Below are positions 47,123 through 56,658 of a stretch of 64,000 nucleotides of DNA, piece by piece. The stretch is from Bacillota bacterium (GTDB taxonomy: Bacteria > Bacillota > Clostridia > Christensenellales > SZUA-584): contig JAEWTL010000038.1 in the NCBI GenBank assembly GCA_023459495.1, positions 113,321 through 177,320 on the forward strand, written 5' to 3'. The first letter of the stretch is position 1. Every line of letters begins with the position of its first letter. The position numbers and the translations under genes were made by a program. The notes beneath the pieces are model-generated. The model did not search any database and was not told the origin of the DNA. It saw nothing but the letters and a program-made list of their open reading frames with translations.

Positions 47123-47333
47123 GCGTTGTCCTCCCGAGTGCAGTTGTCAGGGATACAAGCCCATTATAGCCGAATATTCCCGGTCATACAATCGTACAGC
47201 CATCTTCCGGTATAGAATACCACCTCCGTTGGACATCGACTTCCCCCTTTGAATATGCTAAAATCGAAAAGGCGATTCTATTTCATGGGGACGTATTTGC
47301 AGCGGGCCGCTGCATAAAACGGAGGGTTGATCC

Positions 47334-48212
47334 ATGAAGCATATCTTGGCCAGTAAAAAGGATTTTCTGCTGATCAATCTGGGCCTTTTGATTGTGGCAC
47401 TGGGCGTGCATTTCTTCAAAACGCCCAACCACTTTGCCATCGGCGGCACCACAGGCGTATCCATCATTCTGTCCGCGTTCTTCCCGCAGCTCAACGTGGG
47501 CACGTTTATGTTCATCATCAACGCGCTGCTCATTGTCGTCGGCTTCATCTTTCTCGGCAAAAACTTTACCGTGGGCACCATCTACTCCTCGATGGCGCTG
47601 TCGTTATTTATCTGGCTGCTGGAGGTGCTGGTGCCGATAACCAAACCGCTGACGGACGACAAATTTCTGGAGCTGTGCTTCGCGGTGATCCTGCCTGCGC
47701 TCGGCAGCGGCATCGTGTTTAATCTCGGCGCGTCCACGGGCGGCACGGATATCGTGGCTATGATCCTTTCCAAGCACACCAGCCTCGAGATCGGCAAAGC
47801 TTTGCTCGTCAGCGATTTTGTCATTACCATCGCCGCGGGCCTCACCTACAGCGCAGCCGCAGGCCTCACCTACGACATCCCCACGGCTCTGTACTGCGTG
47901 CTCGGCCTGCTGTTCAAGGCGCTGCTATTGGACAACGTGATCGAGAGCATCAACATTCGCAAGCTGGTCACCATCGTTTCCAAGGAGAGCAAGGCCATCG
48001 AGGCGTTCATCATCGGCGAGCTGCACCGCGGCGCGACCATCTCACAGGCTTGCGGCGCGTACACCGGTGAATGCCGGGAGGTCATCACCACAGTGCTGAA
48101 CCGCAGACAGGCCGTAGCGCTGCGCAACTACATTCGCACGGTCGACAAGGACGCGTTCATCACCATCGTCAATTCAAGCGAGACCGTGGGCAAGGGCTTC
48201 CGCGCGGTATAG
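47334..48212 (+). CDS. YitT-family membrane protein (with C-terminal DUF2179)
   Basis: 292 aa. LLINLGLLIVALGVHFFKTPNHFAIGGTTGVSIIL and the C-terminus AFITIVNSSETVGKGF. Confidence 0.82.
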   Translation: MKHILASKKDFLLINLGLLIVALGVHFFKTPNHFAIGGTTGVSIILSAFFPQLNVGTFMFIINALLIVVGFIFLGKNFTVGTIYSSMALSLFIWLLEVLVPITKPLTDDKFLELCFAVILPALGSGIVFNLGASTGGTDIVAMILSKHTSLEIGKALLVSDFVITIAAGLTYSAAAGLTYDIPTALYCVLGLLFKALLLDNVIESINIRKLVTIVSKESKAIEAFIIGELHRGATISQACGAYTGECREVITTVLNRRQAVALRNYIRTVDKDAFITIVNSSETVGKGFRAV

Positions 48213-48220
48213 AGCCGCGT

Positions 48221-48249
48221 TTGACACCACTTTGCTGTAAGTGTATAAT
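48221..48249 (+). promoter_or_regulatory. Consensus SigA-type promoter upstream of the ABC-F gene leader
   Basis: TTGACA (48221-48226), a 17-nt spacer, then TATAAT (48244-48249). Both hexamers match consensus exactly. Confidence 0.75.
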
Positions 48250-48274
48250 TAAGAAAAAACCGAAGGAGCGGCCG

Positions 48275-48286
48275 ATGCGCAAATAG
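48275..48286 (+). promoter_or_regulatory. Three-codon leader ORF (Met-Arg-Lys-stop) with its own RBS in the ABC-F leader
   Basis: AAGGAG (48263-48268), 6 nt, then ATG CGC AAA TAG. Downstream are nested hairpins (TCCATGTT/AACATGGA, CCCGC/GCGGG) and a T-run (CTCCTTTTTTG). Confidence 0.5.
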
Positions 48287-48432
48287 TTCCATGTTTCTCA
48301 GCAACCCAGACGACCATCCCGCAGACGCGGGAGGCTTATCGTTGCCGGAACATGGATGCGCGAGAGAGGGCTCCTTTTTTGTTGGCCTCTTTTGACCCCT
48401 GTCCGGCGGCATAAGCTTTATTAGGAGGCTAT

Positions 48433-49965
48433 ATGCTGCAAATCAATCAACTGTCCATATATCGAAAATCCACCGGGCAGGCGCTGCTGCGTGACTTCAC
48501 GTTCGCGCTGAACGCGGGCGAACGCATTGCCGTGGTGGGCGAGGAAGGCAACGGCAAAAGCACGCTCTTAAAGCTGCTCTATGACCCCTCTCTTGTGGAG
48601 CCTTACGCCGAGTGGGAGGGTGATATCCGCCGCGACGGTAAAACCGGCTACCTGTTTCAGGAGCTTTCCGAAGCGGACCGCTGCCTCACCATCTATGAAT
48701 ATCTTTTTCATGCGGGCGTATTCGACGTGGCGGACGCGGGCGAAGTCGCGCAGTTAACCGTCGAACTCGGGCTACCCGCGGAGCTGCCCTACGATGATCG
48801 GTCGGTCGGGACGCTGTCCGGCGGGGAGAAGATCAAGCTCCAGCTGCTGCGCATCCTCGCGCACCGGCCGGACACCCTGCTGCTCGACGAACCCACGAAC
48901 GACATCGACATCGAAACGCTGGAATGGATGGAGCGCTTTTTGCTCTCGTGCCGCGTGCCGGTGCTCTACATCTCGCACGACGAGACGCTGCTGGAGCGCA
49001 CGGCCACGGGCATCATCCACATCGAACAGCTGCGCAGCAAAACCGAGTGCCGTTACACGATCAGCCGCGTGCCGTACCGCACCTATGTGGACGAGCGGCT
49101 GCGCAGCCTGTCCCATCAGGCGCAGATGGCCCGCAAGGAAAAGGCGGAATACGACGGGCAGATGGATCGCTACCGGCAGATCTATGAACGCGTGCACCAC
49201 GAGCAGAATGCCATCTCGCGCGGCAACCCGTCGGGCGGACGACTGCTGAAAAAGAAAATGCACGCGGTGAAATCCATGGGCCGCCGTTTTGAGCGCGAGA
49301 AGCAGGACATGACGCAAAAGCCCGTCACAGAGGACACGATCCTGTTGTCTCTGCTCGAAGTCTCCCTGCCCTCCGGCAAGGAAATACTGCGCTTCTCGCT
49401 GCCGGAGCTGGCCGTGGGCGGCAACGTGCTGGCGCGGGGCGTAACACTTGATATCACGGGCGCGGAGCATATCGGCATCATCGGGCGCAACGGGGCGGGC
49501 AAGACTACGCTGCTCGCCGCCATCGCGGAGCAGTTGCTCTCCCGTACCGATATCCACGCGTTCTACATGCCGCAGGATTACGCGGCACTGCTGCCCGCAG
49601 ACATGACCCCGGTCGAATTTCTTGCGCCTTCCGGCACCAAGGAGGATGTAACCGCAGCGCGCACCTACATGGGCAGCGTGCGCTACACCCCCGAGGAGAT
49701 GATTTGCCCGGTGCCCTCACTGTCGGGTGGGCAAAAGGCCAAGCTGTGTTTCCTGAAGATGGCGCTTGAAGGATACGATGTGCTGATCCTCGACGAACCG
49801 ACGCGCAACTTCAGTGCGCTGTCCGGCCCAGTGGTGCGCGACGCATTGGAAAGCTTCGGCGGCGCGATCATCAGCGTCAGCCACGACCGCAAGTACTTAA
49901 GCGAAGTGTGCGAAACCATATACCAACTCACGCCTTTCGGTCTGATTGCGGAGCGTGGAATATAG
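48433..49965 (+). CDS. ABC-F family ATPase (two ABC domains, no membrane domain); possible ribosome-protection type
   Basis: 510 aa. First domain: GEEGNGKST / LSGGEKIKLQL / LLLDEPTNDID. Second domain: GRNGAGKTT / LSGGQKAKLCF / LILDEPTRNF. A charged helical interdomain linker separates them. Confidence 0.85.
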   Translation: MLQINQLSIYRKSTGQALLRDFTFALNAGERIAVVGEEGNGKSTLLKLLYDPSLVEPYAEWEGDIRRDGKTGYLFQELSEADRCLTIYEYLFHAGVFDVADAGEVAQLTVELGLPAELPYDDRSVGTLSGGEKIKLQLLRILAHRPDTLLLDEPTNDIDIETLEWMERFLLSCRVPVLYISHDETLLERTATGIIHIEQLRSKTECRYTISRVPYRTYVDERLRSLSHQAQMARKEKAEYDGQMDRYRQIYERVHHEQNAISRGNPSGGRLLKKKMHAVKSMGRRFEREKQDMTQKPVTEDTILLSLLEVSLPSGKEILRFSLPELAVGGNVLARGVTLDITGAEHIGIIGRNGAGKTTLLAAIAEQLLSRTDIHAFYMPQDYAALLPADMTPVEFLAPSGTKEDVTAARTYMGSVRYTPEEMICPVPSLSGGQKAKLCFLKMALEGYDVLILDEPTRNFSALSGPVVRDALESFGGAIISVSHDRKYLSEVCETIYQLTPFGLIAERGI

Positions 49966-50076
49966 AGTATACGTAGCGATATCCAACTGTGATATAATCA
50001 TGGATACAAACATCCCTTTACGGCAGACTGCGTTCCGCATTGCCGGAAAAAGGGCGTTTATTGGGGGGCAAAACAG

Positions 50077-50628
50077 ATGCAAAAGACATATTTCACCGAG
50101 CGCCTTGTGCTACGCACACTGGATGCGAACGGTGCAGAGGCCGTGCGGGCGTACTTTGACCGGAACCGCGCGTTTCTGGAGCCGTGGGAGCCGGACCGCG
50201 ACGTGACGTTCTTTACGCGCGAATATCAGGCTGAGATGCTCGAAGCAGAACAGACTGAAATGGACGCGGAACGTATGCTCCGGCTGTGGATATTTGAAAA
50301 AAGCGATGCGCAGCGCGTCATCGGCTCCATTTCGTTTGGCAGCATCGTACGCGGCTGCTTTCTCTCGTGCTTTTTGGGCTACCGGCTGGATGAAAAGGAG
50401 ACCCGCAAAGGCTATATGACCGAGGCAGTGCGCAAAGGCGTAGAGGTGATGTTCGGCGAATACGGTCTGCACCGCATCGAAGCCAACATCATCCCGCGCA
50501 ACGCGGCGTCGATGCGCGTGGCGGAAAAGGCAGGGTTTACGCCGGAAGGCCTCGCAAAGCAGTACTTGAAGATCCATGGCGTGTGGGAGGACCATATCCA
50601 TATGGTACGCCTGAACGATGCATTATAA
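50077..50628 (+). CDS. GNAT N-acetyltransferase (RimJ/RimL-like)
   Basis: 183 aa. YRLDEKETRKGYMTEAV and HRIEANIIPRNAASMRVAEKAGF. Confidence 0.82.
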   Translation: MQKTYFTERLVLRTLDANGAEAVRAYFDRNRAFLEPWEPDRDVTFFTREYQAEMLEAEQTEMDAERMLRLWIFEKSDAQRVIGSISFGSIVRGCFLSCFLGYRLDEKETRKGYMTEAVRKGVEVMFGEYGLHRIEANIIPRNAASMRVAEKAGFTPEGLAKQYLKIHGVWEDHIHMVRLNDAL

Positions 50629-50716
50629 CGACTTCATCAGGTAACGAAACCATGCCGGCAATAGCTTTCCGGCTCACGCCCTCAGCGATGTCCCCCTGTA
50701 AAGTCTACAGACGGAA

Positions 50717-50745
50717 AAATACCGGCCAAGGCCGGTATTTTCGGG
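50717..50745 (+). terminator. Rho-independent terminator after the GNAT gene
   Basis: AAATACCGGCC-AA-GGCCGGTATTT followed by TTC. Confidence 0.75.
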
Positions 50746-51038
50746 AAATGGTATATAAAAATTTCTCGTATACTTTGTAATCCGGGTAACCTCTGTCAAT
50801 CTTCCCTGTCAGCATTTTCGGTTCCCCTTGTTTATGCACTAATAATACCGCATAATAATGACAAGTCAATGAAAAACTAATGAACAAATTGGGAAATTTA
50901 CGCCTTATGTCATCAGTTTTATGTTTTTTGAGCGGATCTTCCATCTTTTTTTATTCCATGCCTTGCGAATACCGCTGCAAGTGATGTAATATAATTTCTG
51001 TATAGTCTCATCTTATCCATACCAAAGGAGGATATCTC

Positions 51039-51905
51039 ATGTCTCCGTATCAAAAATTCCTGGCTGCGGTCAAAGAATTTTTCAGCAGTCATCCGGCACT
51101 GAAGGTCGTTTTTTCACTGTACCTCGTGATATTTGCGGCTGGCGGTTTCTTCTTTCTGCTTGGCACCTTTTTCATTGGGGGCTGGGGTGAAATGTCGATC
51201 TGTATCGGCACCTTCCTGATGCTCATTGGTCTTCTGCTGACCTTGTTTAATGAAGATATGATGGCGCTTGTCTTCACAAGCGGCGTTATTGCGTTGGTCA
51301 GTCTGGTTTCCTGGGTGCTCAATCTCGTAGGCGTGCTGTACGTGGGTGGATATGGTTATGTGTATATCAATTTCACGCTGACCCCGCTGTTCTACGCCGG
51401 GCTGTTCGGCTTTGTCGCAATCATTACGTCCATCAAGTCCAAGAAGTTCCACGCGTCGTTTTCCGCGATGGGCAAGCCCTCCGGCGTGCCCTGTCCGAAG
51501 TGCGGTGCCACCATCGTTCCCGGTGCGGCCTTCTGCCCGCAGTGCGGCGCACCCGCTCCGGCTCCCGTGCAGTATGCGCCTCCGGTTCCCCCGCAGTACG
51601 GTGCTCCGTACGCGCCGCAGCCTGCACCTCAGGCCGCCCCGCAGTATGCGCCTCCGGTTCCTCCGCAGCCCGTATACGCACCGCAGCCCGCTCCGCAGTA
51701 TGCGCCTCCGGTTCCCCCGCAGTACGCTCCGCAACCCGCTCCGCAGCCTGTGCCGCAGCCCGTTGCGCCCGAAGCCTCTGAGCCTGCGCTGAGCGAACCC
51801 GCAGCTACGGATTCCGCACCCGCAACCAAACCCTGCGTCAACTGCGGCGCAGAGCTTCCCGCAGGCGCCATGTTCTGCGGCAAGTGTGGTTCAAAGCAAC
51901 AGTAA
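51039..51905 (+). CDS. Membrane protein with two zinc-ribbon motifs and a proline-rich repeat region
   Basis: 288 aa. About four N-terminal hydrophobic helices, then CPKCGATIVPGAAFCPQCG, three QYAPPVPPQ repeats, and CVNCGAELPAGAMFCGKCG. Confidence 0.75.
   Translation: MSPYQKFLAAVKEFFSSHPALKVVFSLYLVIFAAGGFFFLLGTFFIGGWGEMSICIGTFLMLIGLLLTLFNEDMMALVFTSGVIALVSLVSWVLNLVGVLYVGGYGYVYINFTLTPLFYAGLFGFVAIITSIKSKKFHASFSAMGKPSGVPCPKCGATIVPGAAFCPQCGAPAPAPVQYAPPVPPQYGAPYAPQPAPQAAPQYAPPVPPQPVYAPQPAPQYAPPVPPQYAPQPAPQPVPQPVAPEASEPALSEPAATDSAPATKPCVNCGAELPAGAMFCGKCGSKQQ
51570..51722 (+). repeat. Three in-frame copies of a 27-nt repeat CAGTATGCGCCTCCGGTTCC(C/T)CCGCAG
   Basis: Copies at 51570-51596, 51642-51668 and 51696-51722, each encoding QYAPPVPPQ. 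Confidence 0.85.
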
Positions 51906-51919
51906 TATAAAAGATTAGA

Positions 51920-51980
51920 ACGGGGGCGGCCACATGGCAACCCCCGTCTTTGTTACCCCGAAAAACACCGTTTTTGGGGA
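51920..51980. terminator. Two adjacent stem-loops between convergent genes (zinc-ribbon gene and cinA)
   Basis: ACGGGGG...CCCCCGT followed by CTTTGTT, then CCCCGAAAAAC-ACC-GTTTTTGGGG. Confidence 0.55.
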
Positions 51981-51991
51981 TATGGTTATGA

Positions 51992-53254
51992 TCAATAGCA
52001 GGGCGGCCAAGCCTTACGGGCGGCGGTCCTGATCAGAGAGAGCGCGTTCAGCACCGCCGAGCTGCGGATAAAGCTGCGCTCTTTTTTATGCCCGCGTGAA
52101 AGCCGAAGCTCCTTCACCTCGCTGTACGCGTCGCTGCTGACTGCGATATAGACCAGCCCCACAGGCTTTTCCACGCTGCCGCCGTCCGGCCCCGCAATGC
52201 CCGTCACACCGATCCCGATATCCGCACCCGTCGCGGCGCGTGCGCCTGCCGCCATCTCTCTTGCGGTCTGCTCCGATACCGCGCCATACGCTTCCAGCGT
52301 CGCCATCTGCACACCCAAAAGCTTTACTTTGATTTCGTTGGCGTAGGCACAGATGCCGCCACGAAACACCGCCGAAGAACCCGGCACATCGGTGATGGCC
52401 TGCGATACGCCGCCGCCTGTACAGCTCTCCGCCGTAGCCACAGTCAGCCGTTTTTCCTTCAGCGCTTCCACAACCGCGTTCTGCAGGCTGCCGATATCAA
52501 CGCCATATACCACATCGCCCAGCCGTTCCTGGATCTCTGCCACCACCGGGCGGATCATCGCTTCGGCTTCGTCCGCGCTTCCCGCCTTGGCGGATACCCG
52601 CACCTGCACCTCACCCTGCTTGGCATACGGCGCAATGGTGGGGTTGGTATACGAGGTCATTATGTCGCGCAGCGTATCCTCCACCTTGGATTCGCCCATG
52701 CCAAAAATGAAAAGCGTATGTGAGAGGATCGTTGCGTGCTCTTTCTTCATCAGGTACGGCACCACATGGTCCCGAACCATAGGCTCCATCTCTCCCGGCG
52801 GACCGGGCAGCATGATCACAATCTTCCCCTCCTGCTCCACCGCGATGCCGGGCGCAAAGCCCTCGTCGTTGAAAAACACCGTAGCTCCAAAGGGCACCCT
52901 GGCCTGCAGCAGGTTGTTGGGCGTCATCGTCCCACCGCGTGATGCGTTCAGGGCCTCTATCTTTTTTACCGACGGCTCATGCATCTCCAGTCCCAGCCTA
53001 AAATAGTCCGCTACAGTCTGCTTGGTCAGATCGTCATAGGTGGGCCCAAGGCCCCCGGTGGTGATAACGAGGTCCGCACGCGACAGGGAAAGCGCAAGGC
53101 TCTCCTTCAATCGCTCCGCGTTGTCGCCCACAACGGCTTGATGGTAGGTGTCGATGCCGAGCACCGCCAGCTCGCGCGCCAGAAACGCCGCGTTGGTGTT
53201 GACGATATCCCCCAGCAGCAGCTCTGTTCCCACGCAAATGATTTCCGCTTTCAT
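51992..53254 (-). CDS. cinA: CinA-family protein (MoCF-type domain plus NMN deamidase PncC domain)
   Basis: 420 aa. MKAEIICVGTELLLGDIVNTNAAFLA and the C-terminal segment TAESCTGG. Confidence 0.9.
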   Translation of the reverse strand: MKAEIICVGTELLLGDIVNTNAAFLARELAVLGIDTYHQAVVGDNAERLKESLALSLSRADLVITTGGLGPTYDDLTKQTVADYFRLGLEMHEPSVKKIEALNASRGGTMTPNNLLQARVPFGATVFFNDEGFAPGIAVEQEGKIVIMLPGPPGEMEPMVRDHVVPYLMKKEHATILSHTLFIFGMGESKVEDTLRDIMTSYTNPTIAPYAKQGEVQVRVSAKAGSADEAEAMIRPVVAEIQERLGDVVYGVDIGSLQNAVVEALKEKRLTVATAESCTGGGVSQAITDVPGSSAVFRGGICAYANEIKVKLLGVQMATLEAYGAVSEQTAREMAAGARAATGADIGIGVTGIAGPDGGSVEKPVGLVYIAVSSDAYSEVKELRLSRGHKKERSFIRSSAVLNALSLIRTAARKAWPPCY

Positions 53255-53410
53255 GTCTTATCCTCACCTTATCCAGTCAGGAAGATCGCTCCTCCGCATG
53301 AAAGGTATTATATCACAGCGGCCGCCGGATATCCAAAGCCCTTCGTTTTGGGTTGCGGGGCCCTGTCCCGTATGATATGATTCCTGCATGTTCCAGTTTC
53401 GGAGGCATTT

Positions 53411-54703
53411 ATGAAAAGCGGCATCGTTATCCTGTCATCGTTTTTGATTATCGCTCTGTTGTGCGCATGCACGGTCGGCGGTGAGTCTGAGGCTCCATTC
53501 ACCTCTTCGTCGCCTACTGCCACGGTCACACCGGAGCCTGCCCCTTTGGCTGTAACGCGCACTGATCTTCCGGCGTACTTTGCGCCGGGACTTGACGCGC
53601 CTGGCGCGATTCCCGCAGAGCCGTACCGGATTGGCGTAGTCGTTGGGGACAACTTCAAGGATGCGGCGCTGCGCGGCGAATTTGAAAACCTTTGTACCCA
53701 ATATGCGGATGCTTTCAGCCTCGATATCTCTTTCCAGCTTTCCGTGACCGAAGCGTCGCAGCAGACCATTGTCCGGAACCTGCTGACCTCCGGCATCGAC
53801 CTTTTGATACTTTCCACCGGTGGGGATGCCCCCGCTTTGGGTGCACTGTGCGAGGAAGCCGGTGTGCCATACATCACAATGGACTGCCGTGCAGGGACGC
53901 CCGGACAGGGCCAGTACGTCTGCACTGTCGAGCGGGACGAATACCTGGTCGGCCTGCTGACGGGCTTTTCCATCATCGACACCCTGACCACGGCAAACGG
54001 CAAGCCTGAGGGCAGTATTGCCGAGATTGTGGGCGATGTGACCGCCTCGGCATCCATCCTGCGCTCCGCGGGGCTGCGGCGAGCGCTGGCCGCCTGCCCC
54101 GATATCCATGTGGTCTGCAGCGTCACTACCGCGGACGATACCGCGTATTACGCAGCGACTAACGTGATGAAAGCGTACCGGCAGGGTGAGCTGGACGGCA
54201 TCGTGATCTACAGCGATGAAGCCGCACTGGAAGTATTGCAGGCTGTCGTCAACTATGAGCGGAACGATCTACGCGGACGCATCTGGTCGGTTGGAGGCAC
54301 AAAGGACGGGCTCACCGGTGTTTGGTACGGCGAGCTTGCGCAGACCGTGGAACTGACCGCACAGACCGGCATGCTGGCGCTTGAATATGCCGTTCAGTAT
54401 TTAAACGGCAGCGGCAATATACCGCCCGTAGTTTGCAGCGTAACGCGCGCTTTTTCCGCTTCCTCTCAGGAGCAGAAGGATGAACTCGCGCGGATCATCG
54501 CGCAGATGGAAGAGTCCGGGTTCCACTCCTGCATGGAGAATCAGGGCAGCTACGATTTATTCATGCCCGATGAGCGGTTGACCTTGATCTATCCGCAGCA
54601 TTATTATGAATACGACGATATTCAGGCCTATATTGATGAGTTCCCTCCCTATACTACGCAGGATGCTGGTTATGAGTCGGAACCAATGGATGCGGCGGGC
54701 TAA
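53411..54703 (+). CDS. Type-I periplasmic-binding-protein-like lipoprotein (sugar-binding-domain-like) with no adjacent transporter genes
   Basis: 430 aa. Lipobox LLCACT, a Pro/Thr linker, then an alternating beta-alpha pattern (YRIGVVVGD, IDLLILSTGG, LDGIVIYSDEAA) reminiscent of Peripla_BP_1/4. Confidence 0.6.
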   Translation: MKSGIVILSSFLIIALLCACTVGGESEAPFTSSSPTATVTPEPAPLAVTRTDLPAYFAPGLDAPGAIPAEPYRIGVVVGDNFKDAALRGEFENLCTQYADAFSLDISFQLSVTEASQQTIVRNLLTSGIDLLILSTGGDAPALGALCEEAGVPYITMDCRAGTPGQGQYVCTVERDEYLVGLLTGFSIIDTLTTANGKPEGSIAEIVGDVTASASILRSAGLRRALAACPDIHVVCSVTTADDTAYYAATNVMKAYRQGELDGIVIYSDEAALEVLQAVVNYERNDLRGRIWSVGGTKDGLTGVWYGELAQTVELTAQTGMLALEYAVQYLNGSGNIPPVVCSVTRAFSASSQEQKDELARIIAQMEESGFHSCMENQGSYDLFMPDERLTLIYPQHYYEYDDIQAYIDEFPPYTTQDAGYESEPMDAAG

Positions 54704-54792
54704 AAAAACATAAAACGTTGTCACAATTCCTCATCTTATAGTATAATGAATCGCGTGTGGTGGAATAACCTTGAAGGGACCGAGTTAAAAAA

Positions 54793-56658
54793 ATGAACTA
54801 CGCAAGGCGGCGAAAGGTACGTCGTACCGCCCAGACGCGGTTTTATATTATTATCGCGGCGCTCGCGGTGGCATTGGCAGTTGGCATATTCTTCATCGTC
54901 CAGGCCATAAACGATCAACCGGGCACAGGCGAATCCCCCATCACATCTGTGGCAATCTCCCCGCCTGATGCTTCCGACATACCATCTTATACGATCACGC
55001 CCACAGAGGAGCCGACGCCTACTCCGGCACCGTCGCTTTCGTTTGATCTTGTCCCAACAGCGGTTGAGGGGAAGACTGATCCCGCGACATTTGAGTTTGA
55101 GACGGATATCATGGTGGGCGACCAGATCGTGGAGACCTACCAGCGCCCCAACCCGATCAGCTTCGGTTCGGGCGACGAATACACGGCGCTTGAGGGCGTC
55201 ACCACGTTCCGCGGCAACAACTATCGGGATACCGCGAGCTGGGGTACGGCGGAGATTACAGATGAACAACTGGCTGTAATCAACACCAAGCATAACGGCG
55301 CAATCGGTACTTGGGGCGGCTTTGCGTGGACAGGCCAGCCGCTTGTCGTCAAGTGGCCGGACGAGTTGCGCGCCCACATGACCTCGCTCTACGACGAATT
55401 CAGGAATAAGCAGGGTTTTACAGAAGTCATCATCGCCGCGCTCGACGGTTATATCTACTTTGAGGAATTGGATACCGGAGAAAAGACGCGCGACCCGATC
55501 AACGTCGGCGCGCCCATCAAGGGTTCCCCCACCCTTGACCCGCGTGGCTACCCGATACTCTACGCGGGTCAGGGTGTCGGCCCGACGGGCGGGACGACGG
55601 ACGATCACATGTATTTCAGGGCTTTCAACCTTATCGACAACACGCTGCTGTACAAGTGGGGCTACGACTCCGCCGATCCGTTTGCGTACCGTGGCTGGCA
55701 GGCATATGACTCCTCCCCGCTGATCAGCGCGGACGCAGATACACTGATCCAGCCGGGCGAGAACGGCGTGCTGTATACGATCCGGCTGAATACGAGCTAC
55801 GACCCGGCCACCGGATCGGTATCCATGAACCCCGAACCGGTCGTCAAATATCGCTACACCTCCCCGATGAACCGTACGCGTGAAGCAAATGCGGGCGGTC
55901 GCTGGGGCACCGAAGACTCCATTGTGGCGTGGCGCAACTACATCATATTCACCGACAACGCGGGCGTGCTACAGTGCCTCGACCTGAATACCATGCAGCC
56001 TGTCTACGTCAACGACCTGCGCAACGACAGCGACGTCTCCATGGTGCTGGAGGAAGATCCGGAGAACAACACCTTTTACCTGTACGCGGCGTGCGAATAT
56101 GACGATGACGTGGCTAACGTGGATCCCGGACAGGGCACGTGTTATGCGTACAAGATCAACGGACTCACCGGCGAAATTATCCATGAGGTATCCTATACCG
56201 TCGATTCCTCCAATACAAGTGTAGACGGCGGTATCCTCGCCTCTCCGATCCTCGGCAAGGAAGGCACGAGCCTCGAAGGGCTCATCATCTACAACGTCAC
56301 GGCGGAGGTAAAGGGCAACTCCACCACAAGCCGCCTTGTGGCCCTGAACAAGGACACCTTCGAGGAGGTCTGGAGCTACGACATGGATGTACCCGGATGG
56401 TCGCCCTCCTCACCCGTACCCGTATATACGGCGGACGGACAAGGCTATATCGTACAGTGCGACCGGAATGGCGATGTGGCGCTGATCAAGGCGGACGGCA
56501 CGTCATGCGAGGAAGTGTACCGGCTGGAGCTCGAGAAGACGGACAGCGAAGGCAAGGTAACCGAACAGAATAACTTTGAAGCAACGCCAGTAGTCTATGG
56601 CAATATGATCGTCGTGGGTTCGCGAAGCAGGAACCTGTTCTTTATCAAAATATCATAG
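54793..56658 (+). CDS. Membrane-anchored PQQ-like (BamB-like) beta-propeller repeat protein, paralog 1
   Basis: 621 aa. Arg-rich stub MNYARRRKVRRTAQTR, one TM helix, a Thr/Pro linker, and propeller-type motifs (LVALNKDTFEEVW, VDGGILASPILGKEGT, FEATPVVYGNMIVVGSRS). Confidence 0.75.
   Translation: MNYARRRKVRRTAQTRFYIIIAALAVALAVGIFFIVQAINDQPGTGESPITSVAISPPDASDIPSYTITPTEEPTPTPAPSLSFDLVPTAVEGKTDPATFEFETDIMVGDQIVETYQRPNPISFGSGDEYTALEGVTTFRGNNYRDTASWGTAEITDEQLAVINTKHNGAIGTWGGFAWTGQPLVVKWPDELRAHMTSLYDEFRNKQGFTEVIIAALDGYIYFEELDTGEKTRDPINVGAPIKGSPTLDPRGYPILYAGQGVGPTGGTTDDHMYFRAFNLIDNTLLYKWGYDSADPFAYRGWQAYDSSPLISADADTLIQPGENGVLYTIRLNTSYDPATGSVSMNPEPVVKYRYTSPMNRTREANAGGRWGTEDSIVAWRNYIIFTDNAGVLQCLDLNTMQPVYVNDLRNDSDVSMVLEEDPENNTFYLYAACEYDDDVANVDPGQGTCYAYKINGLTGEIIHEVSYTVDSSNTSVDGGILASPILGKEGTSLEGLIIYNVTAEVKGNSTTSRLVALNKDTFEEVWSYDMDVPGWSPSSPVPVYTADGQGYIVQCDRNGDVALIKADGTSCEEVYRLELEKTDSEGKVTEQNNFEATPVVYGNMIVVGSRSRNLFFIKIS

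Noticed and set aside
47123-47333. Possible riboswitch in the leader of the YitT-family gene (a GGGGACG segment and a GCAGCG-GGC-CGCTGC hairpin).
   Set aside because: The pattern does not match any riboswitch class I can recognise by eye (for example, no paired ACGR-loop hairpins of guanidine-II), and no terminator follows. An Rfam scan is needed before making any claim.
50705-50944. 79-aa minus-strand ORF in the 410-nt gap between the GNAT and zinc-ribbon genes.
   Set aside because: It spans the GNAT terminator hairpin and AT-rich promoter-like DNA, has no RBS and no recognisable motif. It is most likely non-coding. A small RNA cannot be excluded without expression data.
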